Shown here in pieces: positions 8,982 through 18,540 of a DNA stretch of 64,000 nucleotides (positions are counted from its first letter, which is position 1; the number at the start of each line of letters is the position of its first letter). Made by a program: the position numbers and the translations under genes. Source of the DNA: a virus; the IMG/VR virus record IMGVR_UViG_3300018053_000002, positions 1 through 64,000 of that record, one strand, 5' to 3'. The notes beneath the pieces were generated by a model. It ran no database searches. It was given only the letters and a program-made list of their open reading frames with translations, and had not been told where the DNA came from.

Positions 8982-9885
8982 AACCATTCCACTGGCGGTG
9001 TTGGCCGCGGCTCTGATCCTGACGGGCTGCTCTGAGATCGCGCCACCGGACAAGATCGGTCTGTATTACATGGAGGGGCAGAGCGACGGCTACAAGTTCG
9101 GTCACTGTGTCGACCCGGGCACTTCCGATGACTGGCTGGCCAACAACTCCATCGTCTGGCTGCCCGACAACCTACGCACCTGGAACATCGCCGCTTCCGG
9201 CGGGGACACCAACGTGCCCATCACAGTGGCCAGCAAGCCCGAGCCGAACCAGCCATCCGGTGTCCAGGTCAACGTCTGGTCGCAGACCAACCTGAAGCTC
9301 AACACCACCTGCCACGACGGCAACTCGGTGGTCGTGAAGTTCTGGGAGACCATCGGTCGGCGGTATCAAGCTGACACCGACGATGGCTGGAAGACCATGC
9401 TGCTCAACACGGTGGTACCGGCACTGGAGAAGGCTAAGCGCACCGTGGTCCGTAACTATTCAGCCGACTCTCTCGTGGCCGGTACGGTCCTGGCCGAGGT
9501 GCAGAACGAGGTCTCGGCCCAGTTCGGTACCGAGCTGAAGCGGTTGACCGGTGGGGACTTCTTCTGTGGGCCCACCTTCCAGCGGGGCAGCGACACCTGC
9601 CCGTCGGTTGAGGTACTCATCAAGGACGTCGACTATGCCGACCCGGGCATCCAGGAAGCTCGCAACAACAAGCAGAAGGCCATCGAGGCTGCCGCCGCTC
9701 AGGTGGCCGAGGCTGAGGGAAAGGTCCGCGCCGCGGCGGCTCAGGAACAGCTCTACCGCAATGCGGCCTGGATGGAACTGGAGAAGGCCAAGCTGCAACT
9801 GGAGGCCATCAAGGCGTGTGCGGCTAATCCCAACTGCACGGTCATTCTTGGCGCGGGCGGAAACGTTCTGGTCGGTACGAAATGA
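8974..9885 (+). CDS. SPFH/band-7 domain lipoprotein
   Basis: Lipobox LTGC; SPFH-like core; C-terminal Ala/Glu coiled coil. Confidence 0.8.
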   Translation: MRKTIPLAVLAAALILTGCSEIAPPDKIGLYYMEGQSDGYKFGHCVDPGTSDDWLANNSIVWLPDNLRTWNIAASGGDTNVPITVASKPEPNQPSGVQVNVWSQTNLKLNTTCHDGNSVVVKFWETIGRRYQADTDDGWKTMLLNTVVPALEKAKRTVVRNYSADSLVAGTVLAEVQNEVSAQFGTELKRLTGGDFFCGPTFQRGSDTCPSVEVLIKDVDYADPGIQEARNNKQKAIEAAAAQVAEAEGKVRAAAAQEQLYRNAAWMELEKAKLQLEAIKACAANPNCTVILGAGGNVLVGTK

Positions 9886-10061
9886 CCACACGGTTGCCAC
9901 CGATCGGGCGCATCGAGCGTCTAACCCGACATGTCACTGAACGACGGTGGCCCAACCTGCCCGAGTTCTATCTGGTCAACAGACACAACGGGCTCAAGCC
10001 ATGGGCAGCGTTCAAGGACGCGCGCTTGATATCTCTGCGCATACGGGGGAGATCAACATAG

Positions 10062-10244
10062 ATGGACGATTACCGTCTACTCACTCCGGCCGAGGTCGCC
10101 GACCTGTTCCGGGTCGACGCCAAGACGGTCACGAGGTGGGCGAAGCAAGGGCGCCTCCGGAGCCTCCGCACACCGGGCGGGCATCGCCGGTTCTACGAGC
10201 GGGACATCCTTGCTCTTCTCACCCGGCGGGAGGTGAGGCGATGA
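10062..10244 (+). CDS. bldC: BldC-like MerR-family DNA-binding protein
   Basis: LLTPAEVADLFRVDAKTVTRWAKQGRLRSLRTPGGHRRF closely matches the Streptomyces BldC sequence as recalled (LLTPAEVATMFRVDPKTVTRWAKAGKLTSIRTLGGHRRY). Confidence 0.85.
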   Translation: MDDYRLLTPAEVADLFRVDAKTVTRWAKQGRLRSLRTPGGHRRFYERDILALLTRREVRR

Positions 10245-10387
10245 CGCGCGAACCGCAGGCGGTATTGATCGAGTACACCGTCCATCGTGTATTGGCCCAA
10301 CACCGGCCGTACGAGATGTGTGACGAGTGCCGGGCGCTAAGGGCGATGCTCGTTCTCATCATTGACGATGGGGTGGTGAGCCCGTGA
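10241..10387 (+). CDS. Small hypothetical protein (H...CDEC)
   Basis: GGAGGTG RBS, ATGA coupling. Confidence 0.6.
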   Translation: MTREPQAVLIEYTVHRVLAQHRPYEMCDECRALRAMLVLIIDDGVVSP

Positions 10388-10524
10388 GACGTCGTCTCTC
10401 GCTCTACCTTGAGCCTCGCGATGCCTGGATAGGTGTCTATGTCGCGCCATCAGCTATCTACGTGTGCCCGGTCCCGTTCGTGGTCATGAAATGGAACCGG
10501 AGGGGCTATCGTGTCGATGGATGA
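10384..10524 (+). CDS. 46-aa hypothetical protein (EPRDAWIGVY...YVCPVP)
   Basis: GTGA coupling; fills gap. Confidence 0.6.
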   Translation: MRRRLSLYLEPRDAWIGVYVAPSAIYVCPVPFVVMKWNRRGYRVDG

Positions 10525-10771
10525 ACCGACCTGGCGATATCTTCTTGGTGGCCGAGTTCTTCATGCCCTGGAATGGGCCGGGGCGCGGTACGCCATCTGT
10601 GGCCGAGGTAACCCATTGACGGTGCAACGCTATGTTTCCCGGCTCGACGTGAGGCGCAGCCTCGATAACTGGCGCGGCACCGGCAACCAGGATGAATACG
10701 AGCGGGCGGCCGTTCTGCCCCGATGCAAAGACTGTGTACGGATGCTCAGGGGGGCAGGCGATGCGGATTGA
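10517..10771 (+). CDS. Putative Zn-binding protein (H...CG...CKDC)
   Basis: GGAGG RBS; His/Cys pattern. Confidence 0.65.
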   Translation: MDEPTWRYLLGGRVLHALEWAGARYAICGRGNPLTVQRYVSRLDVRRSLDNWRGTGNQDEYERAAVLPRCKDCVRMLRGAGDAD

Positions 10772-11267
10772 CAACCCTCCAACTGAATCTCGCCGGCTAC
10801 CTCGGCTCGTCCCCCCGTGTGAACGGCACTGTGGCTGTCCGACCTGTCACGTGAAGCCGGGCCAACGGTGCATCACGACCCGGCCCATCCACATGCAACC
10901 GTGGTCCGCGGCCGACCTGCGTTACGTTGGCAGCCCCACCTCGCCGCACCAGGCCCGGGTACGACTGTGGGCCCATCTCTTGGCGGGTGAAATTATGACC
11001 TTCCTAACCCATTCTCCCAGTCACGAGGAACGGTGCGTTGAGACACTGGCCATCCGCCAGATATGGGCCGCACTGCCCGAGTGGGCCCGTGAGGTCATTA
11101 TGGTTACCGCGGACGCGGAATCTGGAGTTGACCAGGGCCCACCCCTAGCCCACGTCCGGGCCTCATCCTGGTTGCGCTGGGCTCGACAGCTCTGGCTAAC
11201 GCTATGGCTTGAGGGCGAGACGCCACTGTCCGGTGAGACGCATGGAGGGGCCGTTGATGACCTCTGA
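10761..11267 (+). CDS. Zn-finger protein (CPTC.xKPG.RC...H)
   Basis: Cys/His motif; overlaps both neighbours. Confidence 0.6.
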   Translation: MRIDNPPTESRRLPRLVPPCERHCGCPTCHVKPGQRCITTRPIHMQPWSAADLRYVGSPTSPHQARVRLWAHLLAGEIMTFLTHSPSHEERCVETLAIRQIWAALPEWAREVIMVTADAESGVDQGPPLAHVRASSWLRWARQLWLTLWLEGETPLSGETHGGAVDDL

Positions 11268-13080
11268 CCCCGTGACGCGTGTGCTCGATGCCCTCCGGGA
11301 CTACGGGTCGGAGATCCGCGCCATCGCCGATGGTCACATGGCCCAGTGCCCGGCCCACAATGATCGCAACCCCTCTCTTCACGTGAGCGAGGGAGCTGAC
11401 GGGCGCGCGCTGGTCGACTGCAAGGCGGGGTGTCGGCTGGATGACGTGCTCTCCCCGCTGGGCCTGACCGAGCGGGACCTTTTCGTGGAATCGTTGGGGG
11501 GTAGCGGCTCGACTGGCACATATAAGGGGATGGCCGGTGTGCTCGCGCCGCGGTTGGATCCGGTGACCGACTACGTCTACACCGACGCGGCCGGCGTGCC
11601 CGTGATGAAGGTGACCCGGTTCAACCAGGTGGACCACTCGGGTGGCCTCATCGGCAAGACATTCCGCCAGTATGGACCGGACGGTGCCGGCGGCTGGCAG
11701 GCCGGACTGAACGGGAAGGTTCCCCCGCTCTACCGGCTACCCGAGGTGCTCGCCGCGGTGGCCACCGGTGGGACCGTGCTCGTGGTCGAGGGCGAGAAGG
11801 ATGCCGACCGGGCCACCTCGCTGGGGTTGGTCGCTACCACCTCGCCGATGGGTGCCGGGAAGTGGCGCGACGAGCACACGGCCAGTCTCACCGGCGGGGT
11901 CGTGGTGGTGGTGGTCGACGACGACGGGCCGGGCCGGGCTCATGCGCTGGCCGTCCACGAGGCTCTCAGTGCGGTGGCGCGCTCGGTCGTGATGGTGCTA
12001 CCCGCATCGGGCTGCAAGGACCTCAGCGAGCATCTGGACGCCGGCTACACCCTCTCTGCGCTGCGACCGGTCCTGCCCGAGCATCTGACCCAGGCGCCCG
12101 AGCAGCTCCCCCAGGACGAACTCCACGTGAGGCTGGCCATCCATCAGGGAAGGGTCGTCATGGCCGACGGGCTCGACACCATTCCGGTACCGACCATGCT
12201 CGTACACGACCTGCTCCAGACGGACTCACTGGCCTGGCTCCAGGGCAAGCCGGGCTCGTGCAAAACCTTCCTCGCGCTCGATCTGGCCGGCGCCGTGGGG
12301 ACCGGGCTCACCTGGCATGAGGGCCGTAAGGTACGCCAGGGATCGGTACTCTACGTAATCGCTGAGGGGGCCGGTGGGCTGCGGGCTCGGGTCCGGGCCT
12401 GGGAGTCGAGTGCCGGTCGACCGATGGGTCCGGTGGCGTTCCTGCCGATGGCGGTGCACCTGCTCGACCGTGTTGATCTCGGTGCGTTCTGTCTCCTGGT
12501 CTCGGAGATGACACCGTCGTTGATCGTGATCGACACCCAGGCGCGGGCCACGGTCGGAGCAGAGGAGAACTCAGCGAAGGACATGGGGCTCCTCGTCGAG
12601 GCGTTGGAACAGATCCGGGCGGCGTCCGGGGCGACCGTCCTTGTCGTGCATCACGAGGGTCGTAGTGGTGATCACCTCCGGGGCTCGACGGCGCTGGAGG
12701 GTGCCGCCACCACAGTGATGAAGGTCGATCGTGACGGGCCGGAACTCACGCTGTCGTGCCTCAAGCAGAAGGATGGCACCGAGTTCGAGCCAATCCGGTT
12801 TGCCCTGGTTCCCATGGGCGAGTCTGCTATCTGCGTGATGGCCGGTACGTCCGGTTCGGCGAGCCTTCTTAACCAGAGCGAACAGACGATCCTCAATTTC
12901 TTCCGGGACGGAAGTGAGACGGTCGGAGTGCCGTGGACAGTGATCCGGGACACCTCGGGACTGACTCGGACGACCGCGTACCGGGCCATGCAAGCCCTGG
13001 TCAGCCGTGGTGAGCTGCGCAATGTCGGGACTGCTGCCCGGATCATCCTGGTGGCCACTCGGAGAGGCAGCGTCCCATGA
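11257..13080 (+). CDS. DNA primase-helicase (Zn-binding + TOPRIM + RecA-like AAA_25 helicase + winged helix)
   Basis: CPAHND...C..GC; VEGEKD and DDD.PG TOPRIM; GKPGSCKT Walker A; LIVIDT Walker B; VVHH...RGS. Confidence 0.92.
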   Translation: MTSDPVTRVLDALRDYGSEIRAIADGHMAQCPAHNDRNPSLHVSEGADGRALVDCKAGCRLDDVLSPLGLTERDLFVESLGGSGSTGTYKGMAGVLAPRLDPVTDYVYTDAAGVPVMKVTRFNQVDHSGGLIGKTFRQYGPDGAGGWQAGLNGKVPPLYRLPEVLAAVATGGTVLVVEGEKDADRATSLGLVATTSPMGAGKWRDEHTASLTGGVVVVVVDDDGPGRAHALAVHEALSAVARSVVMVLPASGCKDLSEHLDAGYTLSALRPVLPEHLTQAPEQLPQDELHVRLAIHQGRVVMADGLDTIPVPTMLVHDLLQTDSLAWLQGKPGSCKTFLALDLAGAVGTGLTWHEGRKVRQGSVLYVIAEGAGGLRARVRAWESSAGRPMGPVAFLPMAVHLLDRVDLGAFCLLVSEMTPSLIVIDTQARATVGAEENSAKDMGLLVEALEQIRAASGATVLVVHHEGRSGDHLRGSTALEGAATTVMKVDRDGPELTLSCLKQKDGTEFEPIRFALVPMGESAICVMAGTSGSASLLNQSEQTILNFFRDGSETVGVPWTVIRDTSGLTRTTAYRAMQALVSRGELRNVGTAARIILVATRRGSVP

Positions 13081-13280
13081 CGTCCCACCTCGTCCCACGG
13101 CCAAATGGGACATCGAAATATCGGCGTCCCACTATATCGACGGACTTGAGAGACGCAGTGGGACGCAGTGTTGATCAAGGCTGTGACCTGCGGTTTCCCA
13201 AGATCCACAGCGGGCCAGAACCCCCCCCCCCCTATAAACCCCGTAGGGGTTTTAGACGGGGGGACTGTCCCGGGACGGTG
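13071..13280. repeat. Iteron-like CGTCCCA/TGGGAC repeats with C12 tract; putative replication origin
   Basis: CGTCCCA at 13071, 13081, 13091 and 13125; inverted TGGGAC at 13106 and 13159; C12 at 13221-13232; GGGACTGTCCCGGGAC near 13261. Confidence 0.6.
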
Positions 13281-13340
13281 AGACGGACATTTACCTTCCA
13301 ATACCAATACACAAGGAATACCAGGAGAAGGCGTATATCG

Positions 13341-13652
13341 ATGAGTCGACATCTCGTCACGACGACCGTGGCCGACCGGGTGTGTCCACGGTGCCAGGAG
13401 ATGATCTTCGTCGGGGTGAGTCAGGGGATCACCGCTCGGGTGGACGTCTACCCACTCACGACCGAGGTGGAGATCATGGCGCTGCTCCAGGGTCGATGGG
13501 TCTACGCCATGATCGATCATCGGCTGCATCGGAAGGTCGGCAGCCCGCGGGTCGGTGTCGTCCTCGCCGAGCATCGATGCGGTCAACCCCTACCGCGTAC
13601 AGCCGTCACGTCGAGCGAGCCGGCGCCGGTGTCGGACCAACCCCCGTTCTGA
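13341..13652 (+). CDS. Zn-binding hypothetical protein (CPRC...EHRC)
   Basis: AGGAGAAGG upstream; CxxC/HxC. Confidence 0.7.
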   Translation: MSRHLVTTTVADRVCPRCQEMIFVGVSQGITARVDVYPLTTEVEIMALLQGRWVYAMIDHRLHRKVGSPRVGVVLAEHRCGQPLPRTAVTSSEPAPVSDQPPF

Positions 13653-13666
13653 GGAGGACCGTGATC

Positions 13667-14020
13667 ATGACCACCCAACATCGGCGGGCTCGGGGTCGAG
13701 AGACCGAACGCTGCGTGACGGACTACCTCGCCAGCCGGATCTTCCCGGGTGCCTACCAGGTCGGCTCTGGTGCCGGTGGCGCCGACGTTCGCAATACCCC
13801 GGGCGCCTCAATCGAGGTGAAGGCGAGGCGGGACTTCGACCCGATGGCCTGGATCCGTGAGGCGTCACGTAGACCGGGGCTCCCGCTCGTGGTCTGGCGG
13901 CCGGACGGGATGGGTCCGCTCTCGGTGGCCGACTGGCCGAGCATGCTCCCGTTCGGGCGTCAGGTGGATCTCATGCTCGCGGCCGGTACGGGCTCGGCGT
14001 CGTCAAGTCTGGACCTTTGA
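13667..14020 (+). CDS. Holliday junction resolvase (Hjc-like PD-(D/E)xK)
   Basis: RGRETER.V..YL, GAD, IEVK motifs; GAGGAGG RBS. Confidence 0.8.
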   Translation: MTTQHRRARGRETERCVTDYLASRIFPGAYQVGSGAGGADVRNTPGASIEVKARRDFDPMAWIREASRRPGLPLVVWRPDGMGPLSVADWPSMLPFGRQVDLMLAAGTGSASSSLDL

Positions 14021-14045
14021 TCATTCCTGAGGAGATGGTTCGGAG

Positions 14046-14861
14046 ATGACTCAGGAAGGGCTCACGCGCCCGAAGGGAACGGCCTACAACGGCCGAACAG
14101 CCTCCGGTGGTAGTTGGGTGCACCCCCGGGTGTCTGAGGCCGCTGTAGGCCGCTGCCGGACCGGTGACCGGTGTCGGTGGCGGGATCGTACTGGTCCGGC
14201 CCTTGTGGACGGTTTGGTCGTCTGTGACGGTTGTCTGGCCACGATGGACCGTAGCGTCGGCGGGCTGCTCTGGGATTATGTTGACCTTGAGCAGCTCATC
14301 CCGATGGCGACCTCACGGGGCCAGCTCGTCTCGGGTACGCGGGAACCGGCCAGCCTGCTTTCGCTTCACGTCGAGGCGTTGCAACGGGCGATTTGGCACA
14401 CCGTCACGACGTGGGAGGAGATTATCCGCGAGCGAGCCGCGCTGTCCGAACCGACGGTAGGAGTTCGACCGGGTTGGGCGGTTCAGCGGGCCATCGAGGT
14501 GATTCGGCCGCGGATGCGGTTGCTCATCAACGTCGAGCCGGTCGCGGTCTGGCCGGACGGGTTCACCGGTGTGCCGGCAGACCGTAGCGGTGTGGATGCC
14601 GGGCTGGCGTTCGTGAGCCTGCATAACCGGGCTCGGGTCGTACTCGGGTTGACCCGGCAGACGGACGAGCTGTACGGCTTGTGTTGGATGTACTCGATGC
14701 GGCATCCGACCGGGTGTGGTTGGCCGACGCTGCGCCGTGATGCCGGATCGGAGACGGTCTATTGTGCCAACTGCTCGGCGCGGTGCTCCTGGGACAACTA
14801 CCGTTCGTATCTCGGATTGATGGTGCCCTATGCCAAACGCGAGCTGGCCGTATCCGGCTGA
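14046..14861 (+). CDS. Conserved actinophage protein preceding the packaging module (N- and C-terminal Cys clusters)
   Basis: CDGC; C...C...CANC...W; typical position upstream of HTH-HNH-terminase. Confidence 0.7.
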   Translation: MTQEGLTRPKGTAYNGRTASGGSWVHPRVSEAAVGRCRTGDRCRWRDRTGPALVDGLVVCDGCLATMDRSVGGLLWDYVDLEQLIPMATSRGQLVSGTREPASLLSLHVEALQRAIWHTVTTWEEIIRERAALSEPTVGVRPGWAVQRAIEVIRPRMRLLINVEPVAVWPDGFTGVPADRSGVDAGLAFVSLHNRARVVLGLTRQTDELYGLCWMYSMRHPTGCGWPTLRRDAGSETVYCANCSARCSWDNYRSYLGLMVPYAKRELAVSG

Positions 14862-15180
14862 GTCCGCGGTGGCGCGTGCACGACGGATAGCTCAGGCGTA
14901 CCGGGCCCATCTGCACGCCGTGGCGCCCGACATCTGTGACCAGCTCGACGAGACGTGTGCCGGCTGGGGCGAGACGTGGATCGTGCCACGGGTGGTGACC
15001 TATGATCTCGACGACCTGCTGACCGCGCGGGAGGCGGCCGATCTCGCGAACGTGACGGTGTCGGCTGTCCGGCAATGGCGACACCGGGGCCGAATCATGG
15101 GCACATGGGTTGATGGGCAATGGCGGTACCGGGCCCGTGACGTGATCTTCCTCACAGGGGTTGTGGAGCCTGTCGCGTAA
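14830..15180 (+). CDS. HTH DNA-binding protein (possible late regulator)
   Basis: LLTAREAADLANVTVSAVRQWRHRG...YR..DV MerR/Xis-type HTH. Confidence 0.75.
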   Translation: MPNASWPYPAESAVARARRIAQAYRAHLHAVAPDICDQLDETCAGWGETWIVPRVVTYDLDDLLTAREAADLANVTVSAVRQWRHRGRIMGTWVDGQWRYRARDVIFLTGVVEPVA

Positions 15181-15333
15181 CGGGTTACGGTGCGCGCAAC
15201 AGGTGGACTCTGTCCACTGCCCGGGGGGAACTGACCCTGACCCCCGTACCGCGGCCGGGTGCACGGCGAGGTGGAGCGTGGCTCACCAGCGGGAGTCGAG
15301 CGCATAAGAGCCGATGACACCGTGCACCCGGCT

Positions 15334-15389
15334 GCGTCTGTGCCACTTTGGAAGTCGGAAAACCCTTGGCGTCTGTGCCACTTTGGAAG
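15334..15389 (+). repeat. 21-bp direct repeat GCGTCTGTGCCACTTTGGAAG x2
   Basis: Exact copies at 15334-15354 and 15369-15389. Confidence 0.9.
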
Positions 15390-15399
15390 GGCTGTTGCC

Positions 15400-15801
15400 A
15401 TGCGAAAGTTTCTTGTCCTCACCGTTGCCGTGTTCGCGTCGCTGATCTTGGCCACACCCGCATATGCCGGTTCACCCCACTTCGTGGGCGCGGTTACTGC
15501 TACCGTCTCGGGCGACAGTCTTACCGTCTCCGGCAAGGAGGCCGGGCTGGGCAATGAAGCGCAGGTACACATTGTGGTTACCGCTACGGCGGCGTGCCTT
15601 AACCCGGGTAACAACAAGCCGCAAGCGGGCAACAAGCAGAGCGTCTCGGCTGAGGGTGACTTCCCCGTACAGAACGGGCGGGCTGAGTTTTCGCTGACGT
15701 TAACAGCCATATTCCAACCATCGTGTACGCCACCCATGACAGTCGTATGGTCGGACATCACGGTGATCGATGAGACTAGCGGTATCATGGCCACGCCATA
15801 G
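15400..15801 (+). CDS. Secreted beta-rich protein
   Basis: Sec signal MRKFLVLTVAVFASLILATPAYA; two Cys. Confidence 0.8.
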   Translation: MRKFLVLTVAVFASLILATPAYAGSPHFVGAVTATVSGDSLTVSGKEAGLGNEAQVHIVVTATAACLNPGNNKPQAGNKQSVSAEGDFPVQNGRAEFSLTLTAIFQPSCTPPMTVVWSDITVIDETSGIMATP

Positions 15802-15917
15802 TGAAGTCATTCCTTGTGGTAGCGCTCACCGCTTATCTTGTCGTGCTGATTGGCCTGGCCTGGTACGTGATCTGGTTGCAGTGGAGGCGACCGTAAAACA
15901 AGGGGGGGGTGCTTTCC

Positions 15918-16262
15918 ATGCCCCTCCGGATCTGTCTTGAGGGGGGCCATCTCTTCCAGGGGGAGGGGCCTCGATGTCCGGGGCACACCCGGGCCAAAGA
16001 CCGGGCCACCCTCCGACTCAAGCGAAAGCTGCGTCCCCACACCTACGCTGAGGATGTACGTCGAGCTGAAGTGGTCTTCTCATGGCGCGCCCTGTATGGA
16101 GACCTCTGCCCTGGGTGGCGTAGGGATGCCCACCCTGCCACACCCACCAATCCACTGACTGCTGATCACCCTCATGCTGTGGCTCGTGGTGGCGATGAAC
16201 ATCAGTCATTGTCTGTGCTGTGTAGACAATGCAACTCACGCAAACGTGATCACATCATGTGA
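15918..16262 (+). CDS. HNH endonuclease (terminase-associated)
   Basis: ADH...GG...LCRQCNSRK; directly upstream of terS. Confidence 0.88.
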   Translation: MPLRICLEGGHLFQGEGPRCPGHTRAKDRATLRLKRKLRPHTYAEDVRRAEVVFSWRALYGDLCPGWRRDAHPATPTNPLTADHPHAVARGGDEHQSLSVLCRQCNSRKRDHIM

Positions 16263-16469
16263 TGTATGAGCGATAGGGGTGGGGGGGTACGGTTCGGACG
16301 TAATGTCCGTTTTGTCCCAGGACCCCGTCCCTCCAAAAGTCTTCGCGTGTTGAAATGAGGGTCAGTGTGCCCCTTGTGTCCTTTTTTTTGCCACCTGCTG
16401 TTTTCGCAGGTCAGGGGCCTCGTGGAGTCCATATAGGACATAACCTCCCCTTGTGAATGGAGGGTGAGG
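16263..16469. other. Probable cos/packaging-initiation region
   Basis: Non-coding gap between HNH and terS with G- and T-runs; position typical of HNH-dependent cos phages (inference). Confidence 0.4.
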
Positions 16470-16985
16470 ATGCCGCGGACCAAGAAGCCGGCCGGTACGG
16501 CTGTCAATCCACGCAATGGTCGTCGCGCGGATCTGGTCCCGATCGCCGGGGCACGATTCGATCCGCCCGAGGGTCTTTGCGAAGAAGCGACGACGGCCTG
16601 GGACTCCTACTGGGAAGACACTGTCGCCTGCGTGATGACGCCGGTTGACCGGGCCGTGCTCGTGCGCTGGGTTCGAGAGATGGATCGTTATCTACGTCTG
16701 TCGACGGAGGCGGATCTCAACCCCTCGGTGCGCGGTTCGCAGGGTCAGCCGGTCGAGAATCCGCTCTACGCGACGGCCTACAAGGCGCTCTCGGCAGTGC
16801 AGGCGTGCGAGAAGCAGATGGGGATGGGCGCACTGAACCGCTCGGCTCTGGGCATTGCGGTGATCACTGAACGCAAGAGCCTCGCCGAGATGAATGCCCG
16901 GTACGGGGGTGGCGACGATGCTGATCGCGACCGCCCTGCCATCGTCGCCGAGATCGTCGACCCGCGGAGAATCATCGAAGGCTGA
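16470..16985 (+). CDS. terS: Terminase small subunit (P27-like)
   Basis: W...W; GSQGQPVENPL; G...R..LG motifs; position. Confidence 0.85.
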   Translation: MPRTKKPAGTAVNPRNGRRADLVPIAGARFDPPEGLCEEATTAWDSYWEDTVACVMTPVDRAVLVRWVREMDRYLRLSTEADLNPSVRGSQGQPVENPLYATAYKALSAVQACEKQMGMGALNRSALGIAVITERKSLAEMNARYGGGDDADRDRPAIVAEIVDPRRIIEG

Positions 16986-18540
16986 CGGCTGTCCGGCGTG
17001 TGGCTGGAATCCGGCCGACGAGCTGTGGCCCAGTCACGGTGACATCGCGGTGCAGTGGATCAGCGACAATTGCATCTGTGGCGATGGCGACTGGTTCGGC
17101 CAGCCCATCAGGTTGCGCCTCGACCAGCAACGCTTTCTCTGGCGCTGGTACGAGTATTGCCCCGAGTGCAACCAGTGGCGCTATGACGAGGCACTGCGCG
17201 GTGCGGCCACCGGCGACGGCAAAACCCAGTTCATCGCGTCGATCGTGGTGCTGGAGTTCGCCGGCCCGCCACAGATCGCGCCATCCTCACCGATCATCCC
17301 GATTGCCGCCGCGAGCTTCGACCAGGCCAATCTCCTGTTTAGTGCCGTGGCTACGATCTGTGGTGGCCGAGATCAGAGCGTGCGTGAGTCGCCGTTGCGT
17401 GAGTTCTTCGAGGTCTACGACACGGTGATCAAGTTCGCCGACGGTCGGCCAGGTCTCATCGAGCGCGTCGCCGCGGTCGCGGGAACCAACGAGGGTGGTC
17501 TGCCGACGCTTTTCGTGCGTGATGAGTTGCATGAGTGGGGCGACGTCGGAGACCGCCGGGCCCGTGTCGCCACCGTCATCGGGAAGTCCACCAACAAGCG
17601 GCGTACGCCTCACGGCTCGGGCCGGATCATCAGCCTGTCCACGGCCGGGTTCGACATCGACCATTCTTTGCTCGGCGCCAAGTGCAAGCTCGGTGAGCGC
17701 GTGGTGCGGAATCCCTCGTTGTCGCCGCGGTTCCTCTACGACTGGCGCCAGGCGCCCGACGGGCTCGACTATCGGCTGCCGGCTGACCGTGAGATCGCGG
17801 TACGCGCTGCCTCCCAGGCGGCCGACGTGCTCTGGAACGTGCGAGACCGGGTCGACGACTGGGGAAAGCCCGAGTGGCCCGCGCATGAGTGGATCCGCTA
17901 TTACGCCAACCGGTGGGTCGACGTAGCCGAGGAGAGCTGGCTCAAGGACCACCCCGCCGCGTGGGTGCAGTGTGAGGGGACCTGGACGTCTAGTCCGTCG
18001 AACCCGTTTGTGGTCTCGGTGGACATGGCGTTGCGCCGGGACTCGGTAGCGGTCTCCCGGATCGAGCAACTGCCGGATGAACGCTTCGCCATCACGTCGC
18101 GAATCTGGGTTCCGACCGGTGCGCCGATCGACCACCTGGACGTGTTCAACCACGTACGCACGCTGGCCTACGGTGTCGGTTTCCGCGGTGTTGTGTACGA
18201 CCCCCGATTCTTTGAGTTGCCGGGTCGGATGCTGGAGGACGAGGGCATCCTCGTGGTCTCCTTTGACCAGTCGCCGCAGCGGATGGCGCCGGCGTGTGGG
18301 CTCGCCTTCGATCTCATCGTCAATCAGCGGATCGTGCATGACGGTGACCCCGAGCTGGGCGCGCACATCAAGGCGGCCGTGAAGCGTGAGCAGGAGCGCG
18401 GGTTCACGCTGAGCAAGGGCAAGAGCAAGCGGTCCATCGACGCAGCGATCACCCTGTGCATGGGTGTCTGGGTCCTCCACGAGCCGGCCGAACCGGTACA
18501 GCCGTTCTTCGGGACCTGGCGCGCGAGAGGTGGGGCCTGA
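16918..18540 (+). CDS. terL: Terminase large subunit
   Basis: Walker A GDGKT, Walker B RDELHE, STAG, nuclease VDMA..RD, YDP, IDAA. Confidence 0.95.
   Translation: MLIATALPSSPRSSTRGESSKADGCPACGWNPADELWPSHGDIAVQWISDNCICGDGDWFGQPIRLRLDQQRFLWRWYEYCPECNQWRYDEALRGAATGDGKTQFIASIVVLEFAGPPQIAPSSPIIPIAAASFDQANLLFSAVATICGGRDQSVRESPLREFFEVYDTVIKFADGRPGLIERVAAVAGTNEGGLPTLFVRDELHEWGDVGDRRARVATVIGKSTNKRRTPHGSGRIISLSTAGFDIDHSLLGAKCKLGERVVRNPSLSPRFLYDWRQAPDGLDYRLPADREIAVRAASQAADVLWNVRDRVDDWGKPEWPAHEWIRYYANRWVDVAEESWLKDHPAAWVQCEGTWTSSPSNPFVVSVDMALRRDSVAVSRIEQLPDERFAITSRIWVPTGAPIDHLDVFNHVRTLAYGVGFRGVVYDPRFFELPGRMLEDEGILVVSFDQSPQRMAPACGLAFDLIVNQRIVHDGDPELGAHIKAAVKREQERGFTLSKGKSKRSIDAAITLCMGVWVLHEPAEPVQPFFGTWRARGGA

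Noticed and set aside
13077-13340. N-terminal extension of ORF 13077-13652
   Set aside because: It runs through the iteron/homopolymer region; a better RBS and ATG are at 13341.
15220-15250. c-di-AMP (ydaO) riboswitch suggested by GGGGGAAC
   Set aside because: The other conserved ydaO elements were not found.
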